A DNA stretch of 64,000 nucleotides, taken from contig CAWIPU010000004.1 of assembly GCA_963838115.1 (NCBI GenBank), forward strand, positions 394,153 through 458,152, given 5' to 3'. The DNA is from an uncultured Chloroflexia bacterium. GTDB lineage: Bacteria; Chloroflexota; Limnocylindria; Limnocylindrales; CSP1-4. Below, one piece after another: positions 11,025 through 24,660 of this stretch. Positions within the stretch are counted from its first letter, which is position 1; each line of letters opens with the position of its first letter. The position numbers and the translations under genes were made by a program. The notes under the pieces are model-generated. The model saw only the letters and a list, made by a program, of their open reading frames with translations. It was not told the origin of the DNA and ran no database searches.

Positions 11025-13091
11025 TCAGTCAGTGTTCCGCGATAGCGGGCCGCCAGCGACGCTAGCCGGCTCCAGCGACCAGCTGGAGATATCCCAGTCG
11101 TAGCCTGCGGCCGAGGGGTCGATGGGGCCGTCAGGGTCACGCAGTCGCGAGGAGACGGCGCTGATGGTGGATTCGTACCACAAGGGCCAATAGGGAACGA
11201 GCTTCTCCAGCTCGTCCTGCACCTGTGCATAGGCCGCGGCGCGCTCTGCCTCGTCATACGTGTCGCGCGCGGAGGCCACCCAGAAGTCGATCAGCTCAGA
11301 GGTGAAGCCGCTGGGGTTCTCGTCGGCGACGTTGTCCTCTGTGGTGATGCGCGAGGATTCGAAGGCACGCACGGCGCTATCGGGATCCGGTCCCAGGCGA
11401 CGCAGCCACAGCAGGGTGTCGAAGTCATTGGGCCAGCGCAGCTGGTTGAGCATGGTGTCGCCGGTCAGGTCGAGCTCCTCGACGATGAGCTCGATGCCAC
11501 AATCGCGGAGTTGCTCGGCAGCCTGGTTGGCGAAGGTGAAGAGGTCGACGCTGCTGGGTCGCACCGCGATGGTGGTCGAGAGGCGGGTGCCGTCCTCGCG
11601 CACCCGCACGCCGTCGGTCGCCATGGGCCAGCCGCCGGCATCGAGCAGCGCGTTCGCTGCCGCCACGTCACGCTCGTGGATGGCCGCCTCCGGACGTGCC
11701 CAGGACGAGGCGGTGTATGGCGTGGTGGCGATGTCGCGTTCGGCGTCGAGCGCGGTGGCCAACCCTTGCTGGTCGATGCACAGCACGAACGCCCGCCGCG
11801 TGTCGAGGTCGAAGTAGACGCTATCAGGGCGGACGTTGAAAAGGACACCGAACTGCGTAGCGATGGGCCGCGGCGCGGCCTCGAAGCCGGGTGCGGCATC
11901 GATGATCTCCGCCTGCTCCGCGGTGCTTTGCAGGATCCAGTCAGCCTCGCCGGTCAGCAGCCGTGTCGTGGCCACGGCGGGGTCGCGCTCGATGCGCACC
12001 TCCATGTTTTCGATGTGTGGAGCACTCCGGGTGTGGTTGGGGTTGGCCTTCAGGATGTAGGTGCCATCCGCCTCGATGCTGACCAGTTCGTATGGGCCAC
12101 CGCCGAACGGCTTCACGGTGGCGTCGAGCAGACCCAGCGCCGCCGAGATCTTGTCGCTTGCCTGGCTGCTGAAGACCTGCGCCAGGGCCTCCAGGCGGTT
12201 GAGCAGATCGCCCAGGTAGGCATCCTCGTCGAACAATCCGCTGGGGTCCATGTAGGGAGCCTCTGGCGGCAAGTCGATGCGCGCCCGCGTGAAGAGGCGC
12301 TCCAGCTCGTCGCGATGGTCGCGCAGCATGCAACCATCGGGTGGCTCGGCCTCCAGGCATGCATCGCGCAGGGTCTGCTGGGTGATGGTGCTGATGACGC
12401 TGTCCGGCCGGTTCTCGTTGAGGCGGTCGGCGGCGTCGATGAGCTCACCGGTCGCGGCCTTGACGTCGTCCTCACTGAGGATCGGCAGCTGACCCAGCGC
12501 CTCCGTCAGGAATGGCGCATAGGGTTCGGTGAGCTTGAGCGTGACGACGCCGCCATCACGCTGGGGATCGCCGTCGAGGTAGTTGCGCACGGTCTCACAC
12601 AGGTTGCGCCCCAGCGGACAGGATGGCGAGGCCGCCATGCGCAAGGAGAACGTGACGTCGTCGGCCTTGAGCTTGGCACCACTGTGGAAACGGGCGTCGG
12701 CCTTGATGGGGATCTTCCAGGTCAGGCCATCGTCGCTGATCTGCGGCAGCTCCTTGGCCAGCTCGGGCACGGGTCGCTGTTGCGCATCCAGCCGGTACAG
12801 CGGGTCATAGAGCACGTCGACAAGGAGACGCTCGGTGGCGTTGAGGTTGTCGCTGGGCAAGAGGCGCGCGGGGTAGTCGGGCGCCATCACCACCAGCGTG
12901 TCGTCCGTCCGTGCTCGCGGTTCCGGTGTCGGCGATGGCGTGGGCCCCGTGGTAGGAGGCGGCACCATGGTGAGCTCCGGGCTGGGCGTCGCCGAAGGTG
13001 AGGGATCGGCCAGGCAGGCGCTGACGAGCAACAGACCCACCAACGCCAACCCCGGCAGCCTGAGTCGGTGACGCAGGCTCAATGCGGGCAC
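11025..13091 (-). CDS. ABC transporter substrate-binding lipoprotein, family 5 (second, larger SBP)
   Basis: 688 aa with a lipoprotein signal (…LVSAC). GTG start at 13091, which overlaps the gcvPB stop by 13 nt. Confidence 0.8.
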   Translation of the reverse strand: MPALSLRHRLRLPGLALVGLLLVSACLADPSPSATPSPELTMVPPPTTGPTPSPTPEPRARTDDTLVVMAPDYPARLLPSDNLNATERLLVDVLYDPLYRLDAQQRPVPELAKELPQISDDGLTWKIPIKADARFHSGAKLKADDVTFSLRMAASPSCPLGRNLCETVRNYLDGDPQRDGGVVTLKLTEPYAPFLTEALGQLPILSEDDVKAATGELIDAADRLNENRPDSVISTITQQTLRDACLEAEPPDGCMLRDHRDELERLFTRARIDLPPEAPYMDPSGLFDEDAYLGDLLNRLEALAQVFSSQASDKISAALGLLDATVKPFGGGPYELVSIEADGTYILKANPNHTRSAPHIENMEVRIERDPAVATTRLLTGEADWILQSTAEQAEIIDAAPGFEAAPRPIATQFGVLFNVRPDSVYFDLDTRRAFVLCIDQQGLATALDAERDIATTPYTASSWARPEAAIHERDVAAANALLDAGGWPMATDGVRVREDGTRLSTTIAVRPSSVDLFTFANQAAEQLRDCGIELIVEELDLTGDTMLNQLRWPNDFDTLLWLRRLGPDPDSAVRAFESSRITTEDNVADENPSGFTSELIDFWVASARDTYDEAERAAAYAQVQDELEKLVPYWPLWYESTISAVSSRLRDPDGPIDPSAAGYDWDISSWSLEPASVAGGPLSRNTD

Positions 13092-14641
13092 GGCCGATCG
13101 GCCCCGGCCAGCGGCTCCCAGCGTAGGTCCGGGTCGCGGGCAGCGGCAGTCTCGTCGAGCCGGCGCACGGGCGTGTCATGCGGCGCGGCCGCCAGCAGCT
13201 CCGGGTCGTCATATGCCTCGCGGGCGACCTCGATGAGGGCGTCGGCGAAGGCGTCCAGCGTCTCGAGCGACTCGGTCTCGGTGGGCTCGATGAGCAGGCA
13301 TTCATCGACGATGAGCGGGAAGTAGATGGTGGGCGGGTGGTAGCCATGGTCGATGAGACGCTTGGCGATGTCGTAGGTGCGCACGCCGGTGGCGGCCTTG
13401 ATGTCAGTCGCACTGGCCACGAACTCGTGCTTGCAGGGGCCTGGATATGGCAGCCGGTAGGCCTCACCGATGCGCTTTCGCAGGTAGTTGGCGGCCAACA
13501 CCGCGTCCTCGCTGACCTGCCGCAGTCCGCTGGCACCGTGGGCACGGATGTAGGCGAAGGCCCGCACCAGGACGCCGACATTGCCGTGGTAGGCACGCAT
13601 CCGACCGATCGACTCGGGGCGCTCACCGGGACGCTCCAGGCGCCAGCTGCCATCGGGCTCACGGACCACCAATGGCTGCGGCAGATAGGGCACCAGGTGC
13701 TCGGCCACCGCGATGGGGCCGGCACCGGGCCCGCCACCACCGTGCGGGGTGGCGAACGTCTTGTGCAGGTTGAAGTGCATCACGTCGAAGCCGGCCTCGC
13801 CGGGTCGGAAGTAGCCCAGCACCGCGTTCATGTTGGCGCCATCCATGTAGGCCAGGGCGCCCGCCGCGTGGACCGCGTCGAGCAGCTCCACCACCTGGTG
13901 CTCGAAGAGGCCCAGGGTGGAGGGGTTGGTCAGCATCACCGCCGCGGTGCGCGGGCCAAGCGCCTGACGAAGGGCTTCGATGTCGACCATGCCGTCCGCT
14001 CCGGAGGTGATGGTCACCGTCTTGAAGCCGGCCATGGAGGCCGTAGCGGGGTTGGTGCCGTGGGAAGAGTCGGGCACGATGACCTCGTCGCGCTCGACGT
14101 CACCGCGCGCCAGGTGATAGGCACGGATGACGAGGATGCCGGTGAGCTCGCCGTGGGCACCGGCCGCCGGCTGCAGCGAGACCTGCGCGAAGCCGCCGAT
14201 CTCCGCCAGCTGCTGCTGCAGGTTCCACATGAGCTCAAGCGTTCCCTGCGCCAGCGCGTCTGGTGCCAGCGGGTGCAGCTCCGCGAGACCGGGTAGGCGC
14301 GCCGCCCACTCGTTGATCTTGGGGTTGTACTTCATGGTGCAGGAGCCCAATGGGTAGATGCCGCCATCGATCGAGTAGTTGAGGTGCGAGAGGTGCGTGA
14401 AGTGGTGCACCACCGTGGGCTCGTCGATCTCAGGCAGCCCCGGAGACGTGGCCCGAAGCTGGTCGGCCGGCAGGCGCTCGAGCGCATCAGGCTGGACGTG
14501 GGGCACCTTGAAGGAGGAGCGACCAGGGGCATGCAGTTCCGCGAGCGTGGGCTGCAGGTCAGGTCCCACCGCCGAGCGACGGGCGTTCTGCGGCACCAGC
14601 AGCGGACCCGGGCGGTTGGTGGCGAGATGCGGCTCGGTCAC
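13079..14641 (-). CDS. gcvPB: glycine dehydrogenase (decarboxylating) subunit 2
   Basis: Conserved GcvPB core (…YPLGSCTMKYNP…, PLP-binding region). The GTG start at 14641 overlaps the gcvPA stop (GTGA). Confidence 0.9.
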   Translation of the reverse strand: MTEPHLATNRPGPLLVPQNARRSAVGPDLQPTLAELHAPGRSSFKVPHVQPDALERLPADQLRATSPGLPEIDEPTVVHHFTHLSHLNYSIDGGIYPLGSCTMKYNPKINEWAARLPGLAELHPLAPDALAQGTLELMWNLQQQLAEIGGFAQVSLQPAAGAHGELTGILVIRAYHLARGDVERDEVIVPDSSHGTNPATASMAGFKTVTITSGADGMVDIEALRQALGPRTAAVMLTNPSTLGLFEHQVVELLDAVHAAGALAYMDGANMNAVLGYFRPGEAGFDVMHFNLHKTFATPHGGGGPGAGPIAVAEHLVPYLPQPLVVREPDGSWRLERPGERPESIGRMRAYHGNVGVLVRAFAYIRAHGASGLRQVSEDAVLAANYLRKRIGEAYRLPYPGPCKHEFVASATDIKAATGVRTYDIAKRLIDHGYHPPTIYFPLIVDECLLIEPTETESLETLDAFADALIEVAREAYDDPELLAAAPHDTPVRRLDETAAARDPDLRWEPLAGADRPCPH

Positions 14642-15987
14642 GCCACCACCTCGGTGAGGCCCTCGACGAGACGCTCGATGTCCGCATCGGTGGTCAGCTC
14701 GGTGGCACACAGCAGCAGCGCATCGGCCAGCTCGGGATCATCGGGATACCAGGCCGCCAGGGGCAAGCCCGCCAGGACGCCCTGATCGAGAAGTGCGGCG
14801 TGGACACGCGAGGCACCCGGCACGCGGACGGCGAACTCGTTGAAGTAGGGCGCTTGGTGGACGCGCTCGAAGCCGGCCCTGGCGAGCGCCGCTTCCAGTC
14901 GCGTCGCGGCAGCCACGCCGCCGGCCGCGACGTCGCGCAGGCCGTGCGGCCCCAGGGTCGCCAGGTACGCCGTGGCCGCGAGGGCGCACAGCGCCTGGTT
15001 GGTGCAGATGTTGCTGGCCGCCTTGTCACGGCGGATGTCCTGCTCGCGCGCACGCAGCGTCATGACGAACCCACGGCGCCCATCGACATCTGCGGTGCGA
15101 CCCACCAGCCGTCCGGGGACCTGGCGCAGCAAGGGCTTGCTCGCGGCCAGCAGGCCCAGGTACGGACCCCCGAACTGTGGCGCGATCCCCAGCGGCTGCC
15201 CCTCCCCCGCAGCGATATCAGCGGCATAGTCGCCAGGCGGCGCCAGCACGGCCAGTGACACCGGTTCCACCACGGCCACGAAGAGCGCGCCGGCAGCGTG
15301 GGCGAGCGCGGCCGCATCGGCCATCGGCTCCAGCAGCCCGAAGGCGTTGGGCTGACCCATGATGACGCCGGCGACCGGATGTCCAGGCTCGGCCAGGGCG
15401 GCCGCCAGGGCCGCCAGGTCGGTGGTGCCGTCGGGCGCAGTGGGCAACTCCTCGATGTCACGGCTGCCTGGCGCGAAGTAGGTCCGTGCCGTCTCGACGT
15501 AGTGGCGGTGGACGGCCCGACTGATGAGTACCCGGTCACGGCGGGTGGCACGCACGGTCATCAGCGCCGCCTCAGCGGTGGCGGCAGCGCCATCGTAGTG
15601 CGAGGCGGACACCACGGGCAGGCCGGTGAGCTCCGCGATGAGCGACTGGAACTCGTAGATGGCTTGCAGCGTGCCCTGGCTGATCTCGGGCTGGTAGGGC
15701 GTGTAGGCGGTGTAGAACTCGCCACGCGATAGCACCGCGTCCACCGTCGCGGGGATGTGGTGCCGGTAGACACCCGCGCCGAGGAAGGAGACCAGGTCCA
15801 CCCGGTTGTGCGCCGCGAGCGCCGTCAGCTCGCGGGCCAGCGTCAGCTCCGAGACCGGCCCCGGCAAGCGCAGGTCGGTCGCACGAGCCGCCTCCGGGAT
15901 ATCGGAGAAGAGCTGCTCGACCGAATCGATCCGGAGCGCCGCGAGCATCCGCTCACGGTCGGCGGGAGTGTGGGGGCCATAGACCAC
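14638..15987 (-). CDS. gcvPA: glycine dehydrogenase (decarboxylating) subunit 1
   Basis: …YTPYQPEISQGTLQAIYEFQ… Likely GTG start at 15987, 5 nt after the gcvH stop; the ORF-track 504-aa version is over-extended. Confidence 0.9.
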   Translation of the reverse strand: MVYGPHTPADRERMLAALRIDSVEQLFSDIPEAARATDLRLPGPVSELTLARELTALAAHNRVDLVSFLGAGVYRHHIPATVDAVLSRGEFYTAYTPYQPEISQGTLQAIYEFQSLIAELTGLPVVSASHYDGAAATAEAALMTVRATRRDRVLISRAVHRHYVETARTYFAPGSRDIEELPTAPDGTTDLAALAAALAEPGHPVAGVIMGQPNAFGLLEPMADAAALAHAAGALFVAVVEPVSLAVLAPPGDYAADIAAGEGQPLGIAPQFGGPYLGLLAASKPLLRQVPGRLVGRTADVDGRRGFVMTLRAREQDIRRDKAASNICTNQALCALAATAYLATLGPHGLRDVAAGGVAAATRLEAALARAGFERVHQAPYFNEFAVRVPGASRVHAALLDQGVLAGLPLAAWYPDDPELADALLLCATELTTDADIERLVEGLTEVVA

Positions 15988-15991
15988 GCCG

Positions 15992-16372
15992 TCAGCTGCC
16001 GATCGACTCGCTGTAGGCGGCGGCGTCCATGAGCTCGGAGCCGGCGTCGACGTCATCGAGGCGCAGGCGCACCATCCAACCACCCCCGTAAGGCTCGCTG
16101 TTGACCAGCTCGGGGTCGTCGACGAGGGCCTCGTTGGTGGCGATGACCTCACCCGCCGCGGGCGCGTTGAGGTCGCTGGCGGTCTTCACCGATTCGATGA
16201 CGCCGAAGGTTTCATCCTTCTGCAGCTTGCGACCGATCTCGGGCAGCTCCACGAACACCACGTCTCCCAGTTCGTCGGCGGCATAGGCGGTGATACCGAC
16301 GACCGCCTCCTCGTCCTCGGTGCGCAGCCACTCGTGGTCCTTGGAGTAGCGCAGCGTCTGCGGTAGATCCAC
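15992..16372 (-). CDS. gcvH: glycine cleavage system H protein
   Basis: 126 aa carrying the lipoyl-lysine motif ESVKTASD. Confidence 0.9.
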   Translation of the reverse strand: MDLPQTLRYSKDHEWLRTEDEEAVVGITAYAADELGDVVFVELPEIGRKLQKDETFGVIESVKTASDLNAPAAGEVIATNEALVDDPELVNSEPYGGGWMVRLRLDDVDAGSELMDAAAYSESIGS

Positions 16373-16437
16373 GTCAGAGTCCCTCCAGCGATCAGCCTGG
16401 GCCCGCGAACACGGTCAGGCCATGAGTCTCGCGAGCC

Positions 16438-17556
16438 CTAGCGACCCGCGCGACGATAGAACGGCAACGGCACGACCTCTGCGGGGACGACACTCCCGCG
16501 GATGACGATGTCCAGCATGGTACCTGCGACGGCGTCCGGCGGCGGAACGTAGGCCATGGCGATGGCGACTCCCAGCGTGGGCGACTGGCTGCCACTGGTT
16601 ACCACTCCGATGGGCGCGGGTTCGCCGATGGTCGTCGGCTCGCCCGAGCGCACGACCGCATATCCTCCGCGGGCGATACCCCGTCCCTGCAAGATGAGAC
16701 CGACGAGCCGTTTGTGCGGTCCAGCCTTGTCGGCGGCGGCGAGTGCGTCACGGCCCACGAACTCGTGGTCGAGCATGACGACCCTGCCCAGGCCGGCCTC
16801 GAAGGGCGTGATATCGCGGTCGAGCTCATGACCGTACAGTGGCATGCCCGACTCCAGCCGCAGCGTGTCACGGGCACCAAGGCCGCAAGGCTGCAGTCCT
16901 GCTGCGGCGCCGGCAGCGGTGAGCGCGACCCACAGCGCGGGTCCCTGGTCCCAGGCGACGAACAGCTCGAAACCGTCCTCGCCGGTGTAGCCGGTGCGAG
17001 CCACTAGCGCGGGGATGCCGGCCACGTCCGCCTGCGCAGCACGGTAGTTGCCCAGCTCGTCCAGTCGCAGGTCCGTCAGCCGCGACATGATATCGACCGC
17101 GGCAGGACCCTGGATGGCCAGCAACGATGTGGCGGTCGTCTCGTCTGCGAGGGCTGCATCATGCCCCCGGAGGCGTGCGCCCAGCTCGGCAGCCACGACC
17201 TCGCGATTGGAGGCGTTGGGCACCACCAGGAAGGCGTCTTGCTCGAGGCGATAGACGATGAGGTCGTCGATGACCCCACCGTCGGGCGCGCACAGGAGCG
17301 AGTAGCCCGCGCGTCCGAGGGGCCACCGCCCGGGGTCGTTGACCAGTGCTGCGGCCAGGCCGGCTGCGGCGCCGGGGCCAGTGACGCGAAGCTCGCCCAT
17401 GTGTGACAGGTCGAACAGCCCGGCCGCTCGGCGGACCGCGTGGTGCTCATCGATGATGGAGCCATAGCGCACCGGCATCTCCCAGCCGGCGAACTCGGTG
17501 AAGCGTGCACCGATGGCGGCATGGACGTCGTGGAGGGCGGTGCGCTGGCTGGCCAT
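16438..17556 (-). CDS. gcvT: glycine cleavage system aminomethyltransferase T
   Basis: 372 aa; GcvT N-terminus …FAGWEMPVRYGSIIDEHHAVRRAAGLFDLSHMG. Confidence 0.9.
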   Translation of the reverse strand: MASQRTALHDVHAAIGARFTEFAGWEMPVRYGSIIDEHHAVRRAAGLFDLSHMGELRVTGPGAAAGLAAALVNDPGRWPLGRAGYSLLCAPDGGVIDDLIVYRLEQDAFLVVPNASNREVVAAELGARLRGHDAALADETTATSLLAIQGPAAVDIMSRLTDLRLDELGNYRAAQADVAGIPALVARTGYTGEDGFELFVAWDQGPALWVALTAAGAAAGLQPCGLGARDTLRLESGMPLYGHELDRDITPFEAGLGRVVMLDHEFVGRDALAAADKAGPHKRLVGLILQGRGIARGGYAVVRSGEPTTIGEPAPIGVVTSGSQSPTLGVAIAMAYVPPPDAVAGTMLDIVIRGSVVPAEVVPLPFYRRAGR

Positions 17557-17559
17557 CGC

Positions 17560-18138
17560 TCAGGCCAGGCCGTCCAGCAGCCCAAAGCCGGCCAAGGGCA
17601 GGGCGCGCGCGACGATGTCACGCTCGGTCGCGAACTGCATCACCGCTTCTGCTTCTTCCAGCGCGAACCAGCGCACCTCCTCGAACTCGTGATCGTGGCC
17701 CGAGAGGTCGCCACCGGTCGGCTCCATCAGGAAGTACTGCACGGTCTTGTCGATGCGACGGCCGTCGCATACGAAGCGGTAGTGGATGTCGCCGATGGTG
17801 TCAAGGATGCACACCCGCAGGCCGGTCTCCTCGCCGACCTCGCGCAAAGCGGTCTGCTCGGGAGTCTCGTCGCCGTCCGGCGTGCCCTTTGGGAGGGACC
17901 AGACGGAGCGACGGCGATCGCGGCGGCGGCGGCCAAGCACCAGTTGGGGCCCGTGACTGCCGTCACGGATGACCACGCCACCAGCGGAAAAGGCCCGCTC
18001 GATCGGTAGGTCGAGATCGGGCCGCGACCGGATAGGGGCCACCTCAGCGGAGCGGCGGTACCGCGCGGAACGAGCGTGGGTCGCGGAGCGCCCGGCGCGG
18101 TGTGGACCAGTGGATCGATGATGGTCGGATGAGCGCAC
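17560..18138 (-). CDS. NUDIX hydrolase; the true start is probably internal (GTG near 18040)
   Basis: Nudix box GX5EX7REVGEETG (…PEQTALREVGEETGL…). Its stop lies 3 nt upstream of the gcvT start. Confidence 0.75.
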   Translation of the reverse strand: MRSSDHHRSTGPHRAGRSATHARSARYRRSAEVAPIRSRPDLDLPIERAFSAGGVVIRDGSHGPQLVLGRRRRDRRRSVWSLPKGTPDGDETPEQTALREVGEETGLRVCILDTIGDIHYRFVCDGRRIDKTVQYFLMEPTGGDLSGHDHEFEEVRWFALEEAEAVMQFATERDIVARALPLAGFGLLDGLA

Positions 18139-18377
18139 CCGGTCCGGGCGCGGCCGGACGGTCCGGGGTCAGGCTGCGGGCCGAGCGACGCACGGCGCCG
18201 AGTGGATCCCGTTCGGCAGTCGCGCGAGCGGCGAGCAGTGTCCGCGGCTCGATGCGGGACTGACCGCGTGGAAGCGGATGCGGGTGGCGACCCGTACCGG
18301 CGGGTGACACGAACCGCGTCCCTCGCTGTGTCGCCCGGATCGAACCGACGCCTCGCTGCATATGGCGATGGTACCGC

Positions 18378-19307
18378 CTATCGCTCTTCGAGCAAGCTGC
18401 GCAATGGCGCAGCCCGGGCTGGCTCCAGTTCGCCGCGCGCCACGGCCATCGCCAGCTCCCGCTGTGCGGTCACGCGATAGAGTTCGAGCGACCCCGGGGA
18501 AAGCCGCGCCAGCACCGCCAGGTGATCCCGCACCGTGCCCACATCGCCCCGCACGAAGGGCCCGGTCAACGCGTCGGTGATCCCCATCCGCTCAGCATTC
18601 GAAAGTGCCTGACGCATGAGTGGCAGGTAGATGGCCAGCGCACCGGCCTCATCGAGCCCGGCACCGCGGGCCACCTCGGCGACACCATCGAGGAGCCCCA
18701 GGACGCCGCCGCCTGCCAGCACCGCGGCGGCGTGATATGCAGCCTTGCCCGTCGGCGGTAGAAGCACCGGCTGGGCTCCGATGTCGCGCGCCAGCTGGCC
18801 CAGCAGGGCCACCAGCTCTGCATCGCCCTCAAGCGCGATGGTCGCGTCGGGCAGGGCCGCCAGGGCCGCCTCCTGCTCGGCAAAGGCGACCATGGGATGG
18901 AACGAACCGGTCTGCGTGCCCGCCGCGCGGGCCGGCCCCAACACACCCGAGTCCAGGGCCCCGGAGGTGTGCACGGCGGCTTGGCCGGCATACAGCCGCA
19001 ACTCGGCCGCCACATCTGCGATGGCGTCGTCAGGGACGGTCACGAATACGAGATCGACCTCCTCGGTGATGGACGCCGTCGTGGGAACCGCTCGAGCACT
19101 CGGCACCCGTGCTACGAAACGGCTGGCGCGCTCGAGATCTCGAGTGGCTACCGCGGTGACCGACCAGCCCGCCCGGCTGAAGGCGACTCCCAAGGCGCCG
19201 GCGACACGACCGGCACCCACGAATCCGATGCGGGGATGGCCGCTGGGATCGCCGGGCGGATGGGGATGGTGGTGGCCGGGTGCACCGTGCGTATCATTCA
19301 CCGGCAC
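18378..19307 (-). CDS. Rossmann-fold NAD(P)-binding protein with a DUF2520-like C-terminal domain
   Basis: N-terminal GxGxxG (IGFVGAGRVAGALG) plus a DUF2520-like C-terminal region. Confidence 0.6.
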   Translation of the reverse strand: MPVNDTHGAPGHHHPHPPGDPSGHPRIGFVGAGRVAGALGVAFSRAGWSVTAVATRDLERASRFVARVPSARAVPTTASITEEVDLVFVTVPDDAIADVAAELRLYAGQAAVHTSGALDSGVLGPARAAGTQTGSFHPMVAFAEQEAALAALPDATIALEGDAELVALLGQLARDIGAQPVLLPPTGKAAYHAAAVLAGGGVLGLLDGVAEVARGAGLDEAGALAIYLPLMRQALSNAERMGITDALTGPFVRGDVGTVRDHLAVLARLSPGSLELYRVTAQRELAMAVARGELEPARAAPLRSLLEER

Positions 19308-19321
19308 AGCCTATCGGGCTG

Positions 19322-19353
19322 GGGCCCGGTCGTATAGAGGGCCCGGTCGTATA
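19322..19353 (+). promoter_or_regulatory. tandem direct repeat (2 x GGGCCCGGTCGTATA, 17-bp period) carrying TATAGA/TATACT -10-like hexamers, in the divergent DUF2520/acnA intergenic region
   Basis: Exact 15-bp repeat at 19322..19336 and 19339..19353, about 100 nt upstream of the acnA ATG. Confidence 0.35.
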
Positions 19354-19454
19354 CTGCCAACGGATCTGGACCACCGCATCCGAACCACACTCGACCGACC
19401 CGAGGCGGGCACTCCCGTCAGGAGCCGACATCGCGAGCGCGCCCGCCGCGCCCT

Positions 19455-22565
<3,111 letters not shown>

Positions 22566-22965
22566 CATAGGGTGGCGGCGCGGCGACCAGAAGCCAGTGC
22601 CAGTCGCTCGACCGACCGACGGGAGTCGGATGAGGCGATGGCGATCACGTAGCTGGCGTCGACTTCGGCAAAGCGTATCGATCCACCCAGGACCGGCGCC
22701 TCCAGGCGCCCCAGTCGCTCGAGGTCCACCACGCCATCGTCGAGGAAGCCCAGGAAGTCGAACGTCGGCGCGGCGGCGTTGATGTCATGGACGAGTCCCA
22801 GAACCTCACGACCGAAGCCACCGGCGCCCACGATCAGCAGCGGCGTCACGGACGGTAGGTCGGCTGATGGCCGGTCGTTGGGCTGCGCAAGGGGCTCCGG
22901 TCCTGGCATCGCATGAGTGTAGTCTCGCTGGACGGCTCCGTGGCTATCTCCGTCGGTGCGCGCCA

Positions 22966-24550
22966 TCACCGTGAACCGGCCCCAAAGCGGGCGGCGACCT
23001 CGCCACGCAAGAGCTTGCCAGCGTCGTTGCGTGGCAGCCCGTCGGCTTCGATGACCGCGGACGGCACCTCATGGGGCGCCAGGCGCCCACGGCAAAACCG
23101 GAGCAACTCGTCGACGCTCGGTGCCTCGCCAGGCGCCCTGACAATGACCGCCAGGGCGCGTTCGCCAAGGAGCTCATCAGGTACGCCCAAGACAGCGACG
23201 TCCGAGACCCCCGGATGGAGCATCAGGACGTGTTCGATCTCGACCGGACTGACACGGTGGCCACCGATCTTGAGGATCGTCTTTGCCCGTCCCTCGAGGT
23301 AGATGAAACCCTCCTGGTCCAGCCGGGCAAGATCTCCCGTCCACAACCAGCCATCGCGCAGGATGCCGGACGTTTCGTCGGGCTCGTCGAAGTAGCCCGG
23401 CGTGACATTGGCACCCCGCGCCACCAGCTCACCGACGTCGCCGGCTGGCACATCGCGTCCGTCGTCGTCGACCACGCGCAGCTCCACACCCGGGATGGGG
23501 ACTCCCACCGACCCTCGTTTCTCAGACGCCCGGTGCGGCGGCAGGTAGGCCAGGCGCGCGGTGGCCTCGGTCTGCCCGTACATCACGTAAAGCTGGGCCG
23601 GCGCGAACGCGGAGCGGACCCAATCGATCGTCGCCGGAGCCATCGGCCCGCCGGCCTGGGTGAGATAGCGCAGCCGCGGGAACTCCATGTCGATCACGTC
23701 GACCCCGCGGCGGATGAGCTCGAACGTGAGCGGCACCCCAGCCAGGCCAGTGCATCCTTCGCGGGCCGCAGCTTCCAGGACGACGCGCGGGAACGCCATG
23801 CGGCCATCCAGGTACAGCGGATCCTCCCACCAGCATATGCGTCTGCAGCACGCTGCGGCCGTAGCAATAGGAGAGCGGCAATGTCAGGAGGGCCCGGTCG
23901 TCCGCCGTAAGCGCCAGATACTCCGCGATGGAGCGGCTATTGGCATCGATGTTGGCGAACGTCTGGACCACGCCGTGGGGCCGTCCGGTACTCCCGGACG
24001 TGAAGAGGATCAGCGCCGCCCCGTCCACTTCGTGCCGGACCGGACCGGGGTGCGATGGCGCACCAGCGTCCTCGCCGACACGGCCATCCTCCCGGAGGAC
24101 AGCGGTCGAGGTGGCAGCAAAGAGATGGCCGACATCGGGTGCTTTGCGACCCACCAGCCAGACGCGCTGGACCGACCGACCCGACAGGGCCGAGGCCCAC
24201 GTCCGGACGTCGCGGCTCCAGACGATGGCTTGGCCGGGCAGGCTCCTGGCGACTACGTCGGTGAGTGCCTCGACCCGCCACTCACGACTGACCTCGACCG
24301 AGGTGGCACCCAGCCTATGGACCGCGAGCCCCGCCACAACCGCCGCAAGGCAGTTCGGGAGTGATAGCAGGACGCGGTCGCCGGGTCCGGTGCCAGCGGC
24401 TGCCAGGTGCCCAGCGAAGGCCTCCACGCGAGCCGCCAGCTCGCCATAGCTCAGCCACGTCGTCGACGTACCGACCGCAGGTGACGCCGGCGAACGTGCC
24501 GCGTGCTCGAAGAGCCAGTCGGAGATGATCGGGGAATCCATCGTCAGCAT
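22966..24550 (-). pseudogene. adenylate-forming (AMP-dependent) ligase or carrier-protein ligase with an interrupted reading frame (shift near 23830-23850)
   Basis: N-terminal ORF 23522..24550 has FTSGSTGRPHGVV and LPLSYCYGRSVLQTHMLVGGS and then degenerates. The C-terminal ORF 22966..23799 (…YVMYGQTEAT…GWLWTGDL…GRAKTILKIGGHRVSPVEIE…) continues in another frame. Confidence 0.75.
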
Positions 24551-24660
24551 CGTACGACGAGCCAGCCTCGGCTTCGGCAGTACTATTCTCTATCCTGTCA
24601 ACTGCACGAACGGTCGCAGCCAGATTCCCCCTCAGCCAGGTCCCACCATAGAAGGTAGCT

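Noticed and set aside
18044-18361. 105-aa minus-strand ORF in the NUDIX upstream region
   Set aside because: Arg/Pro-rich with no homology; it overlaps the probable NUDIX start and leader.
18139-18377. Possible glycine riboswitch in the leader upstream of NUDIX-gcvT-gcvH-gcvPAB
   Set aside because: I scanned the transcribed strand for the conserved GGAGAG / ACCGAAGG(G/A)GCAA / CUCAGGCAAAAGGAC elements and found only loose resemblances (for example CTGCCGAACGGGA). Without a covariance-model search I cannot support it.
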